Below, piece after piece: positions 1 to 11,761 of a DNA stretch of 64,000 nucleotides. The translations under genes and the position numbers were made by a program. Source of the DNA: Eledone cirrhosa (Eukaryota); NCBI GenBank assembly GCA_964016885.1, contig OZ024740.1, positions 38,378,001-38,442,000 of the forward strand, given 5' to 3'. The notes below the pieces were generated by a model. The model was not told the origin of the DNA and did not search any database. It saw only the letters and a list, made by a program, of their open reading frames with translations. Within the stretch, counting starts at the first letter, position 1, and each line of letters starts with the position of its first letter.

Positions 1-245
1 TTTAAAACCTCCTATACTTCTGTTCCATTACTATCTGACCCTTTCCAATATAAAACAGTCAACCACCCTTTAAAACCTCCTATACTTCTGTTCCATTACT
101 ATCTGACCCTTTCCAATATAAAACAGTCAACCACCCTTTAAAACCTCCTATACTTCTGTTCCATAACTATCTGACCCTTTCAAATATAAACTAGTTGACC
201 ACCTTCCCAAAACTCCCATACTCCTGTCTCTATTAATAACTGACC
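1..245. repeat. 68-bp tandem repeat (about 3.5 copies, truncated by the window edge)
   Basis: Unit TTTAAAACCTCCTATACTTCTGTTCCATTACTATCTGACCC... restarts at 1, 69 and 137, then degenerates. Confidence 0.85.
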
Positions 246-696
246 CCTTCAAATATTCCACTACTTCATCAGACTTATCAGTAAAATTACCTGAAATTGG
301 TTCTTTATTTAATGGAGTTACTTTGGTTATTTTTTTGTTTGTTGTTGAATTTGATGAAAAGTTAAAGAACTAGTCTAAGTACGTTGCTATGTCTATTTGG
401 GTGTTGGATATTTTCATGTTTAAATGGTCTTTGAATTGTAGAAAAATGAAAATTCTTACATGAAGGATCATAAGAGAAAGGTTTTGCTGTAATCATTGAC
501 AAGACATGCTGTTTTATAAACACACTGCAGTTGTCAGGCAAGCTTTTGCTATTCTCAGAACAATAAAAAATAATTTTTCAGTGATTGACAAAGATATCCT
601 TGCAATACTATTCAAGACTCTGGTGTGATTACACCTCAAATATAATAACACTATTATTATATTTAATAATAGTGTTATTATATTAATATCTGACCA

Positions 697-1125
697 CTAG
701 CTGAGGTACCCAGCTTCGCCTGGGTAAACAGATGATAAGAGAAGACAGGTAGAAGAGAAATTGACTGTATTGGATGTTTGTCTGGTTTACAGTATGAAGC
801 AAAACTGGTGTGTGTGACAAAACAAAAAAACAGTAAAAGATCTTCCAGATACACCAAATTTTTCGTTCTACTGGTAATGCCTAATATATGAAGATTTCTA
901 GGTGTTTCTCCTTGTGAACAACCAACATATAACTGACTACGAGATAAAACTGATTCTCTCATATTCAATCCTACAACTTTGAGACTGAGCTTTATTTATG
1001 GTCATAGCAAAACTGGCTTTAACTCGGAACTGACGTCTTGAGAATTTGAACGGCAGCTCAGTAAGGGATAAGAGGAATCTTGGGAATAAATGCATTTTCT
1101 CCTTGATGATTGCTTCCAAGAATAG
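697..1125 (-). mobile_element. Helitron 3' terminal fragment (degenerate Pif1-like helicase C-terminus plus hairpin/CTAG end)
   Basis: Minus-strand peptides FPRFLLSLTELPFKFSRRQFRVKASFAMTINKAQSQS and QLYVGCS...TKNLVY match the Helitron RepHel C-terminal motifs (R.QFP...AFAMTINKSQGQ; GQLYVA.SR; T.N.VY). The element ends with hairpin TACCCAG-GCGAAG-CTGGGTA (707-726) and CTAG|T at 697-700. Confidence 0.85.
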
Positions 1126-1390
1126 TGACCTCTAAGAGATGGTTCATCATCCTCCTGGCTGTAAAGTATGTGCCATTGCATAGAAGTAGCGGGTCCACAT
1201 TTCTCAAAAGGATGATGGAAGTTCCAATATTTTATATTATATATAGATAGAGAGATAGATAATTGTATATAAATGTTTATGTGTGTGTATGTGTGTGTGT
1301 AAATCAGCGTTTCAATCAGAGATGCTGGCCGTGAAACATTTTTGTATATGTATGTGTAAGCATATGTATGTAAAGCATCCAGCACACATT

Positions 1391-1591
1391 GTGGCCAGCA
1401 ATTTTTTTTTTTGGGGGGGGGGGTCGATTTAATCGACCCCAGTGACGTGACTGGTACTTTATTTTATTGACTCCATAAGGATGAAAGGCAAAGTTAACCT
1501 CGGCGGGATTTGAACTCAGATCATAAAGGGCCGTAAGCCTATGCTGCAAAGCATGGCATCCAACCCTCTACCAATACTGATAATCCACCAC
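1391..1591 (-). mobile_element. tRNA-derived SINE, family A (other copies or fragments near 7340-7425, 8220-8290, 9515-9595, 20600-20735, 32455-32610, 33005-33092, 36080-36170)
   Basis: Recurrent core ...CTGGTACTTTATTTTATCGACCCC.TAAGGATGAAAGGCAAAGTTAACCTCGGCGGGATTTGAACTCAG...; the minus strand carries a B-box-like GAGTTCAAATCC. Confidence 0.75.
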
Positions 1592-1775
1592 CCTGTATTC
1601 CCATATAATAATAACAAGAAAATTCAGGATCAACCAAACCATATTACCTAATATCTGTCTTCACCTGTAAATAGGGATATGTGGATAGTCAAATTTGCTT
1701 TTCTTCTCCCCAAACTTGATACAATATTATATAGTAATTGGCTATATGTAAAAGTTTAGAAAAAAAAATACTTAC

Positions 1776-1949
1776 ATCAGATTTTTGTAAATTATCTTTC
1801 TTGCTGAATTCAACAATGAGTTTGTGAATAATGTAAAGAGAAATTATGAAGATAGGCAGTGAAGAAAGTATCCAACCAATTGTTTGTCTCACATCCCATT
1901 TCTTTTGAAGGGAAGAACAGGCAAGAGTGATTCCTAAAGTACTGAATAC
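1776..1949 (-). CDS. SLC6/NSS family transporter exon (end of TM11 through TM12)
   Basis: Acceptor ttttcttcaaactctcttcag| at 1950 and donor |gtaagt at 1775. 174 nt, phase 0/0. Encodes VFSTLGITLACSSLQKKWDVRQTIGWILSSLPIFIISLYIIHKLIVEFSKKDNLQKSD, resembling the SLC6 TM12 pattern 'IGW.L.....IP.Y.IYKL'. Confidence 0.75.
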
Positions 1950-2484
1950 CTGAAGAGAGTTTGAAGAAAAGAAACTCTTACTTAGAAAATATATACATAG
2001 ACAAAAACAATATAATCAGCTATATTACAAACATAAATGGAAAATTATAAGAAAATTCATAAATTCCTTTCTGTAATGGTCAATGTTGAAACAACAACAA
2101 CAACAACAACAACAAAAAATGATATAAAATGTGCCAAACATAACTGACTTACTCAACTGCCTTTTAAAATTATTTATGCTGTGGCAGCAGTTCGTTTGTC
2201 CACCCCTTTTGCCTGCCTTTTGTTGTATGTGATCCTAGATGTATGTATTACCTTCTTGTGATTCTTTCTTTTTTTTTTCTCTTTCTATTTGTAATATTAT
2301 GTTGACGGTTATGCCTTAATAAAATTCATGTACATATATATGTTAATATATACCAAAAACAATACAGCAAGGAAATAAAGCATTATTAGATATTGATGTC
2401 TAATATAGGTAGAAAGTCATAAAATGTGTAGGGGAGAGGTTAGTGTTCATTATATTGACCTATTGACCACAGTACATTACTGGT

Positions 2485-2660
2485 ACTGATATCTAATATA
2501 AGTAGAAAATCATAAATTGTGTTGGGAGAGGTTATTGTTCATTATATTAACCACAGTGTTGGGGAGAGGTTTGTGTCCATTACACTGACCACAGTGTTGG
2601 GGAGAGGTTTCTGTCCATTATATTCACCACAGTGTTGGGGAGAGGTTTCTGTCCAGTACA
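2485..2660. repeat. ~36-bp minisatellite
   Basis: Repeated ACCACAGTGTTGGGGAGAGGTTTCTGTCCATTATATT-like units. Confidence 0.7.
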
Positions 2661-2841
2661 TCACAGGTACTGATATAACATTATATATCACATGAGATTT
2701 TGTTTATTCCTCCACCAATTCTACCAATCCCCCCATTCAACATCATTAAATATAAAAAAAATGAAAGATAGGTTCTCAAAGGAACTTATTAAGTAATATT
2801 AGACATTTGTTTCAGTTTTTAATATGCCACAGATTTTATTA

Positions 2842-3008
2842 CTGTATTTCCGGTGCTGAAGACACTTCGTCCTTGAGGACGCACCCTAATTTTGACAACC
2901 AAAAATTTGAAAAAAAATAATAAACAACCTTCGGTCTCCATGACACACGGTAGATTTTTGAGACTTATCTTAGGAAAACAGTAGCGTCCTCGACGCCGGG
3001 AAATACGG
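2842..3008. mobile_element. Tc1/mariner-superfamily (Tc2/pogo-like) MITE
   Basis: Terminal inverted repeats CTGTATTTCCGG.../...CCGGGAAATACGG, flanked by TA at 2840-2841 and 3009-3010. Confidence 0.75.
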
Positions 3009-3830
3009 TATATATAAAGATGTTTACCTGCTTATTTACTATATATAAAGGTGCTTACCTGTTTTTTACTTTATATCAAGAAGCCTACCTGTATATACTA
3101 TATATAAAGATTTCTACCTGTTTTTTTACTGATTATAAAGTTGCATGCATTGTCCTGTAACTCCAGAGGAAGTTGTTGGCTGTGACGTATTGGCATACAG
3201 CGTTTCTAGGAGATTTTGAAAAACCTGGTGGATCCCATCTCCTCTCCAGGAATTATAAAGATACCTACCTGTATTTACTATATATAAACATATCTACCTT
3301 TTTTTCTATTATATATAAAGATATCTACCTGTTTATTATTATAGATAAAGATATATACCTGTATGCAAGCGTGGAACATGGACGTTAAATGATGATGATG
3401 ATGATGATGATGATGACAAACACCTATCTATATTTACAATAAATAAAGATATATACCTGTATTTACTATATATAAAGACATATTCCTGTATTTATTATAT
3501 ATTCAGATACCTATCTGTATTTACTAATTATAAAGATATATATACTAATTATAAAGATATATATACTAATTATAAAGATATATATACTAATTATAAAGAT
3601 ATATATACTAATTATAAAGATATATCCCTATAAAGATATATCCCTATATTTACTATATATAAAGATATACATCCGTATTTACTACATATAAAGATATTTA
3701 TCTGTTTATTACTATTTATAAAGATATAAAACCTGTATTTCCTATATATAAAGATATCTACCTGTTTATTACTATTTATAAGAATATCTACCTGTATTTA
3801 CTAATTATAAAGATATCTATCTGTTTATTG
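3009..3830. repeat. AT-rich ~30-bp minisatellite
   Basis: Degenerate TATATAAAGATATCTACCTGTATTTACTA units, interrupted by short insertions. Confidence 0.8.
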
Positions 3831-4798
3831 ATGGAAAAAATGAAATTTCATTTCTCACTCTTAGTACAGCTGATACCTAAATATAAGTATGTACACGCAC
3901 ATACATATATGTATACAGACGTTCAGTAGTATGTATATACATACATACATGCACACATATATATATATATATGTACGTATGGGTTTACCGAACATTTATT
4001 ATAATGTTCGGTTTGTTTGTAAACAAACACCCCAAATTAAGCCGTACAGTGTTCGGCAACCATCGTTGCCCTTTTGTTCAACACTGACACAGGAACGATG
4101 TACTAGTTTCAAGCTTATTAGCTATCGTCAGCACCGTATACCTTCCTGTCAGTCGATTGAACGTTTGAAAGTATATACTTTCCTTATGCATATTAACGGC
4201 TGAGCAGCCTAATTTGCATATCGAGTGAGTTAGTCGGCCAGGCGCACCGAAAACAATAAATGGAAAAAAATGAAATGTCGTTTCTCACTCTTAGTACGGC
4301 TGATACTTAAATATAAGTATGTTAAGAGGGTGTTAAAGTTTGCTTGAAGCATTGTGAAATGTGTAAAATACGTAGTTTAGAAAGCCACAACAATGCCGAT
4401 GGGAAATCTCGAGGTAGGAAGTGAATGATAGATAGGAGAAATAGGAGAAAGTGAAAATTGAGAGAGACAAAGATGAAAACAAAACAAAGGTATAAGGGTT
4501 ACCGTAGTGGAGATTTAATCCCAATATTTCGGGCTCACGCCCATCAACGGGGGAAAGTTCCAAAAGGGGGGGAACAGGCTAAGCCGGAGAAAGTTGTGAT
4601 GTCGTTAAAACAGGAATTAAGTATGTATACGTACATACATATATGCATACAAACGTACAGTAGTATGTATATACATACATACATGCACACATATATATAT
4701 GTACGTATGGGTTTACCGAACATTTATTATAATATTCGGTTTGTTTGTAAACAAACAGCCCGAATTAAGCTGTACAGTGTTCGGCAACCATTGTTGCA
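3831..4798 (-). mobile_element. Penelope-like element pseudo-LTR remnant with partial direct duplications
   Basis: 3832-3890 is repeated at 4261-4321, and 3884-4068 at 4618-4797. Contains a canonical minimal hammerhead on the minus strand (4095-4137), typical of PLE pLTRs. Confidence 0.6.
4095..4137 (-). ncRNA. Minimal type I hammerhead ribozyme
   Basis: Minus strand reads ACGGTG-CTGACGA-T AGCT aata AGCT T-GAAA-CTAGT-A-CATCGT. Stem I ACGGTG/CATCGT, canonical core, palindromic stem III ACTAGT, GUA cleavage triplet. Confidence 0.85.
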
Positions 4799-5284
4799 TA
4801 CTTATATATCTGTTTATTACTATTTTTAAAGACACCTACCTTTGAGAAGACTGACTACATAGTATTGATTGCTCTGATGTCATTCCAAAGTGATATATGT
4901 TGTGTAAAATATTTATAAGGTTGAATTACAATGACACAACTACTGACATAATTGCTATTTACAACTGTGAATTATGTACTGAATATTATGGGGTCAAACT
5001 GGTTCAAAAGGATGTAGACTAGTAAAAATTAGTGAATATATATAATGGTACTAAATTTTACCTTATACATCTACATAACTCTGTTTGAAATGTGAACACC
5101 CTATTGTATAGCAAAATTGATGAATAACTTATCGGTTTATAGTGCTAACTTTAATTCTTTTCATGAGAAAACTTTCTTGCAATAGAATATCATTTTATCT
5201 GGGTGGAAGACGGGTGAAAAATCTGTCTCCATCTGCTTAATGTTGCACAAATTAAGGATAATCTCTGACTTTCGTGAAACATAG

Positions 5285-7204
5285 AGGGTCATAAATGGAG
5301 AGATGATATATTGCAATATAAATAGACAGATGTCATATGGAGACATAAATGGACAGATGTCTTGCTGTGACATAAATGGGGAGATGTGATATGGAGTCAT
5401 AAATGTACAGATAACATATGGAGTCATAAACGGACAGATGACATAAATGGACAGATGTCATCCTGTGACATAATTGGACAGATGTCATACTGTGACATAA
5501 ATGGACAGATGCCATACTGTGACATAAATGGACAGATGCCATACTGTGACATAAATAGACAGATGATATACTGCGACATAAATGAACAGATGTGATACTG
5601 TGACATAAATGGACAGATATCATACTGTGATATACATGGATAGATGTCATACAGTCACATAAATGGATAGATGTCATACTGCGACATAAATAGACAGATG
5701 TCATACTGTGACTTAAATGGATAGATGTCATACTGTGACATAGATGGACATATGTCATACTGTGACATAAATGGACAGATGTCATACTGTGACATAAATG
5801 GACAAATGACATACAGTGACTTAAATAGGCAGATGACATACTGTGACATAAATAGACAGATGTCATACTGTGACATAAATGGACAGACGACATACTGTGA
5901 CATAAATGGACAGATGATATACTGTGACATAAATGGACAAATGATATACTGTGACTTAAATAGGCAGATGACATACTGCGACATAAATAGACAGATGTCA
6001 TACTGTGACTTAAATGGATAGATGTCATACTGTGACATAGATGGACAGATGTCATACTGTGACTTAAATAGACAGATGTCATACTGCGACATAAATAGAC
6101 AGATGTCATACTGTGACTTAAATGGATAGATGTCATACTGTGACATAGATGGACAGATGTCATACTGTGACATAAATGGACAGACAGCATACTGTGACAT
6201 AAATGGACAAATGATATACTGTGACTTAAATAGGCAGATGACATACTGTGACATAAATAGGCAGATGTCATACTGTGACATAAATGGACAGACGACATAC
6301 TGTGACATAAATGGACAGATGTCATACTGTGACTTAAATAGACAGATGTCATACTGTGACTTAAATGGATAGATGTCATACTGTGACATAGATGGACAGA
6401 TGTCATACTGTGACTTAAATAGACAGATGTCATACTGTGACATAAATGGACAAATGACATACTGTGACATAAATAGACAGATGACATACTGTGACATAAA
6501 TAGATGTCACACTGTGACATAAATGGACAGATGACATACTGTGACATAGATGGACAGATGTCATACTGTGACTTAAATAGACAGATGTCATACTGTGACA
6601 TAAATGGACAAATGACATACTGTGATATAAATGGACAGATGATGTACTGTGACATAAATGGACAGATGACATACTGTGACATAATTGGACAGATGACATA
6701 CTGTGACTTAAATGGACAGATGTCATACTGTGAGTTAAATAAACAAATGACATACTGTGACATAAATAGACAGATGACATACTGTGATATAAATAGACAG
6801 ATGACATACTGTGATATAAATGGACAAATGACATACTGTGACTTAAATAGGCAGATATCATACTCTGACATAAATAGACAGCTGTCATACTCTGACATAA
6901 ATAGACAGCTGTCATACTGTGACATAAATGGACAGATGACATACTGTGACATAAATAGACAGATGACATACTGTGACATAAATAGACAGATGACATACTG
7001 TGACATAAATAGACAGATGTCATACTGTGACATAAATGGACAGCTGTCATACTGTGACATAAATGGACAGATGACATACTGTGACATAGATGGACAAATG
7101 ACATACTCTGACTTAAATAGACAGATGACATACTGTGATATAAATAGACAGATGTCATACTGTGACTTAAATAGGCAGATGTCATACTGTGACATAGATG
7201 GACA
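5285..7204. repeat. 27-bp minisatellite (~70 copies)
   Basis: Unit CATACTGTGACATAAATGGACAGATGT. It produces overlapping repetitive ORFs on both strands (MSQYDICPF, SYCDINGQM), typical of a stop-poor satellite. Confidence 0.95.
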
Positions 7205-8156
7205 TGGGTGCTGTATTGACATACAGAATTTCTATGACATTTTTAAACCTAGCAGAGCCCATCTCCTCTCCAGGTCTGAATACAGAAGATTCCTTTCAGA
7301 GAAGGATAGAGAGTGAGAGAGATATATAGAGGGAGAGTCAGCCTCAATACTAGACTAGTACTTTATTATCGACCTTGAATGAATGAAAGTCAAAGTTGAC
7401 TTCTGCAAGATTTGAACTCAGAACAATGACAAGTAAACTGAGAAGTTACCATAAATGAAAAGAAAGAGATAGAAAAAAATAAAACAAAAATGAATTAGAA
7501 TATAGATAAAAAGATAAAAGAGAAAGAATTATAAGGAAAAACATGTTAAATGATGATTACATACATCCTTATTCACATATATATATGTGTGTGTATAAAT
7601 ATGGGACCTGTTCTCTTATGTACACAGGATGAAGCAAACCTCTAGAGGACACTACTCTTATCCAGCCTTCCCCTTCCCACACCTCAATAGTCACCCATCC
7701 CCAGGCTGAATACTTGTTTCACTCCTCCCCCTTCACACATGATACACCTCATGTCCAACCCATGCATACAAGCATGAAAAGCTGGACATGTTCCACGTCT
7801 TCTCTCTCACAGTCCTGCCACCGCAAAAATATCACTGTAAGGTGATTGTGCTGATGACAACAAAACGTTCTCAGTCTACGCTATAAAGTAGTCATGCTCA
7901 TAATACAACAAAACACACTCAGTCCAACTCATCAGGTGGTCATACTTATGTCACAATAAAAAGCACCCTGTCCATCTTGTTAGATGGTCATTTTGGTGCC
8001 ATGATAAAAAGCATCCAGTCAACTCTGTAATGTGGTTGGCATTAGGAAAGGCATCCAGCTATAGAAACCAAGCCAAAATATAGATCTACATGATCAAGAT
8101 GTGATCTCCTAACTCATGCAAGCATGGAAAATAGATGTTAAATTATGATGATTATG

Positions 8157-8199
<43 letters not shown>

Positions 8200-8304
8200 T
8201 GATAATAATAATAAAAATAATGGTTTCTGATTTAGGCACAAGGCCAGCAATTTTGGGGGAGGGGAACTCGATTAAATCGACCCCAGTTCATCATAATAAT
8301 AATA

Positions 8305-9490
8305 ATGACTGCATTTAGAATACACCATCCAAAGTCAGATGTAGAAAGATTATACCTACCAAGAACACAAGGAGGAAGGGGCCTTATGCAACTAGAAAAC
8401 TCTTACAAAATAACTACTGTAGGACTACAAAAATACCTAATAAAAAACAAAGGAAAGTGAATACAGATAGCCACAAAACATGAACAAAACAAAAAACTGT
8501 TCTCGGTCTTCAAGGAAGCCAAAAAATTCAAATCAGAAACTGGACTAACAGATGATTGTGAGGAAAATGAAAGCAAAGAAAAAATAGAAATTGTGAAAGT
8601 CATAAAATTTAAATTCAAATCTGACATCCAGAATGCCATGTTAAAACGATGGCAAGAGAAATCCTTACATGGCCAATACCCCAAAAAGCTAAATAGAAAG
8701 GAAGTAAGGCAAAGAAAACACACAAACTGGTTCTAAAGCACTGGACTAAAAGTTGAGACGGAAGGATTTCTAATTGCAGCGCTGGACCAGAGTCTACCCA
8801 TCAAAAGTACATAATGAAACAAAGCACTATAAGTAACTGTAGAATATGTGGAGATAGGGAAGAAACAATCAAGCACATAGTCTCTGGATGCCCAGCTCTA
8901 GCCAAAAAAGAATATATCCATAGACATGATAGAGTTGGGACCTTCATACACTGGAAATTATGCCAGCATTATGAAATACAACAGGAAAAAGATGATACAA
9001 ACACACACCAGAAAAAGTGTCAGAGAATGACAAAGCAACCATTCTCTGGGATATTCCAATACATACAGATAAAGAGATCAAGCCCAACTGACCAGATATT
9101 ATAGTAAAAAATCACAAAGAAAAAAAATGCCTTCTAATAGATATATCTATCCAGGCAGACAACAATATATCTTCCAAGAGAATAGAGAAACTCCCCAAAT
9201 ATAAATAATCAGATAAAAATAACTGGAATGTGGAAAATGAAAACAGAAACAATACCTACAATAATAAGTGCTCTAGGAATGATAAAAAAACAAACACAGA
9301 CAAATACATAGTCAAAGCCCAGGGCTTACAAATATATACAGCATACAAAAAATAGCACTACTAGGCACTGCACACATATTACTAAATGTACTATCAATAC
9401 AATAGAAACAACACCAGGGAAAATTACACTGCTCATACCCAAGGTACACAGAGCTGTGCTCGGTAAAGCAGTAATGATGTGCAATAAAAA
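8305..9490 (+). mobile_element. R4/Dong-like non-LTR retrotransposon, 3' fragment (degenerate)
   Basis: Motifs HHPKSDVERLYLPRTQGGRGL, LHGQY, ETEGFLIAALDQ; CCHC knuckle CRICGDREETIKHIVSGC; RHD motif; ILWD...PDIIV...LLIDIS (restriction-like endonuclease). Contains stops and frameshifts; flanked by (AAT)n. Confidence 0.9.
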
Positions 9491-9596
9491 TAATAATGGA
9501 AATAATGATAATAATTGTTTCTACTTTTGGCACCAGTACGTTACTGGTACTTTATTTTATCGACCCCGTAAGGATGAAAGGCAAAGTTAACCTCAA

Positions 9597-9637
<41 letters not shown>

Positions 9638-9638
<1 letters not shown>

Positions 9639-9970
9639 CATTAAATTAAAAATCGATTGACATATGTATATAAAATAAACACATCAAACAATCACAGAGT
9701 GTAATTTGTAAAGAGTATAAACAGACATAGTTATGGAGGTAACATATTATAAATTGGCGATGATCAAGATTAATGGTGAAATATACTTTTTTAATGGAAT
9801 ATATACAAAGGAGACTAATAATTTTGGAAGGTATCTATATTCATGGTTCTTGTTAATTTTTGATATGTTACCTCTGTAACTATGTGTTTACACTCTTTAC
9901 GAATTATCCCTTGTGATTGTTTGAGGAGCTTATTTTATATATATATGTCAATCGATTTTTAATTTAATGT
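9638..9970. repeat. Diverged fold-back element next to (TA)n
   Basis: 9638-9747 is an imperfect reverse complement of 9863-9970 (ACATTAAATTAAAAATCGATTGACATAT / ATATGTCAATCGATTTTTAATTTAATGT). Confidence 0.75.
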
Positions 9971-10223
9971 TAATAAATGCTCGGATTTATTCTTTAGAAT
10001 CTTTGAGCTTATTCCACAGGTGGTATGGCACATGCTTCTGATATTCTCAAACATGACATCTTTAATTTAATTTTGGTAGAATATATATATATATATAATT
10101 GATATCTATTGAAATCATAAAAGCAACATAAGTCTGGAGTAGTCTGATCAATACTGAATGATTAATACAATCAATTTGTTGTTTCAGAGTGGCAACTATT
10201 GATTTGATTTGTACAGACTGTAG

Positions 10224-10276
<53 letters not shown>

Positions 10277-10324
10277 AATAAAAAAATAAAAATTATTGCT
10301 CTACATAGCTGAATACAATAAATG

Positions 10325-10646
10325 TAATCTGAGTTTTTCGAATATTAATAATAATATTTGATTCGTTTGCAATTATGCAAACAGCCTCTTTTTTAAAGCC
10401 ATGTCAGTAGAATGAGCCCCTCATTTTTGCTCTTGTGTTGGCATGCAAACAGAACTGCAAACACTAATGTTGGCAGGTGAACAGTGAACTGCACTGATGA
10501 AGGGTAATACCCAGAAACATTAGTGTCTGCAGTATTGCAAACACAAGAGCAAAAATGAGGGGCTCATTCTACTAACATGGCATTAAAAAAAAAAGGCTGT
10601 TTGCAAACGAATCGAATATTATTATTAATATTCAGAAAACTCAGAT

Positions 10647-10648
<2 letters not shown>
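10325..10648. repeat. Fold-back element between (TA)n tracts with a central hammerhead
   Basis: 10325-10470 is a reverse complement of about 10517-10648 (e.g. AGAATGAGCCCCTCATTTTTGCTCTTGTGTT / AACACAAGAGCAAAAATGAGGGGCTCATTCT). Confidence 0.85.
10488..10533 (+). ncRNA. Minimal type I hammerhead ribozyme
   Basis: ACTGCA-CTGATGA-A GGGTA A TACCC A-GAAA-CA ttag TGT-C-TGCAGT. Stem I ACTGCA/TGCAGT, canonical core, GUC cleavage after 10527. Confidence 0.85.
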
Positions 10649-10684
<36 letters not shown>

Positions 10685-10689
10685 TATGT

Positions 10690-10925
10690 CTAATGTCTGT
10701 CTTATGCCAGAAGGCTCATGACGTGAAGCAACTGACAGTACAAGACTCCCTCCTGGACAGGATGCCAGTCCACCCATCTATTGCTGGTACTCATTTTCAG
10801 CTGAGTATACTGGAGTCACGGGAAATGAAGTGTTTTGCTCAATAATACAACACATAACCCAGGAATTGAACCCATGACATTATGATTGTAAGTCAAACAC
10901 CCTTACCACTAGGCTACGTGCCTCC
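10690..10925 (-). mobile_element. tRNA-derived SINE, family B (other copies near 17850-18150, 20290-20515, 22385-22500, 22705-22850, 28415-28720, 33270-33425, 35848-35935)
   Basis: Shared CAGCTGAGTAAACTGGAGCAATGTGAAATAAAGTGTCTTGCTCAAGG segment and a tRNA-like head (A-box TGGCTTAGTGG, B-box GGTTCAATTCC). Confidence 0.75.
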
Positions 10926-10929
10926 ACTA

Positions 10930-10960
<31 letters not shown>

Positions 10961-11086
10961 TTTTTGTTTTTTTTTTTGAGTATGGGGTTAACCAAACAGA
11001 GATATGTGTGGACCACATTATGGTCTGTCGGTGAAACAGATAAAATGAAGTGCTCAATGACCTGTATAAATGGTGCAAGTCAGAGC

Positions 11087-11421
11087 ATTATATATTAATA
11101 AAATATCGGAGGCCATATTCAGTTGAATCAGGTTTTCCTTTTCATGATACAGGGGGCCGGCCGAATGTGTGGCGTTGTTTCTTAAACAACGCCACATGTT
11201 CGGCCGGCCCCCTGTATCATGAAAATAAATTTTTTTTTCAGGGAAATTATTGGATTTTTCCAAAATTTAAAGGTTTCTTAGGAACTTTCAATGTTTATTT
11301 TAGGTTACGCCATCTGAAGACCTCAGGCTATCATAACCAATAGTCCTCAGTGAAATATGTATAACAGAGTTTTAAATAAACCTGAATAAACTGAATATGG
11401 CCTCCAATTGGCCTCTTTTTA

Positions 11422-11428
<7 letters not shown>
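11087..11428. repeat. Nested fold-back: outer inverted repeat plus an inner 87-bp GC-rich hairpin
   Basis: Outer arms GGAGGCCATATTCAGTT.A.TCAGGTTT / AAACCTGAATAAACTGAATATGGCCTCC. Inner near-perfect palindrome at 11139-11225. Confidence 0.8.
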
Positions 11429-11452
<24 letters not shown>

Positions 11453-11496
11453 CAATAATGTTAATAAATGGAAAATATCTTTATAAAACCATATTC

Positions 11497-11556
11497 ATTT
11501 TATTATGCATATTTCAAGGGTACCAGTATTTTGGTACGCTTTCGTCAGATAAAATA
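11497..11556 (-). ncRNA. Type I hammerhead ribozyme (inverted twin of 11701-11761)
   Basis: Reverse complement reads TATTTTAT-CTGACGA-AAGCGTACCA...TGGTACCCTT-GAAA-TATGCAT-A-ATAAAAT. Confidence 0.8.
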
Positions 11557-11700
11557 CAATATTTGGTTTAAAGATATTGACATATCCACATATGAACTTA
11601 ATGTTATGAGTTCAATGTGGATAGAACTCATAACATCCGCATTGAACTCATAACATTAAGTTCATATGTGGATATGTCACTATCTTTAAACCAAATATTG

Positions 11701-11761
11701 TATTTTATCTGACGAAAGCATACCAAAATACTGGTACCCTTGAAATATGTATAATAAAATA
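11701..11761 (+). ncRNA. Type I hammerhead ribozyme
   Basis: TATTTTAT-CTGACGA-AAGCATACCA aaatac TGGTACCCTT-GAAA-TATGTAT-A-ATAAAATA. Perfect 8-bp stem I, bulged stem II, short near-palindromic stem III, AUA site. Confidence 0.8.

Noticed and set aside
148-369. ~74-codon minus-strand open frame as the terminal SLC6 exon
   Set aside because: Weak acceptor with no polypyrimidine tract, no family similarity, and it runs into the 68-bp repeat; cannot be supported without transcripts.
5333-7316. Long ORFs (up to 629 aa) with Cys/His-rich 9-residue repeats, superficially zinc-finger-like
   Set aside because: They come from a 27-bp minisatellite open in several frames on both strands; there is no C2H2 spacing, and the frame shifts within the array.
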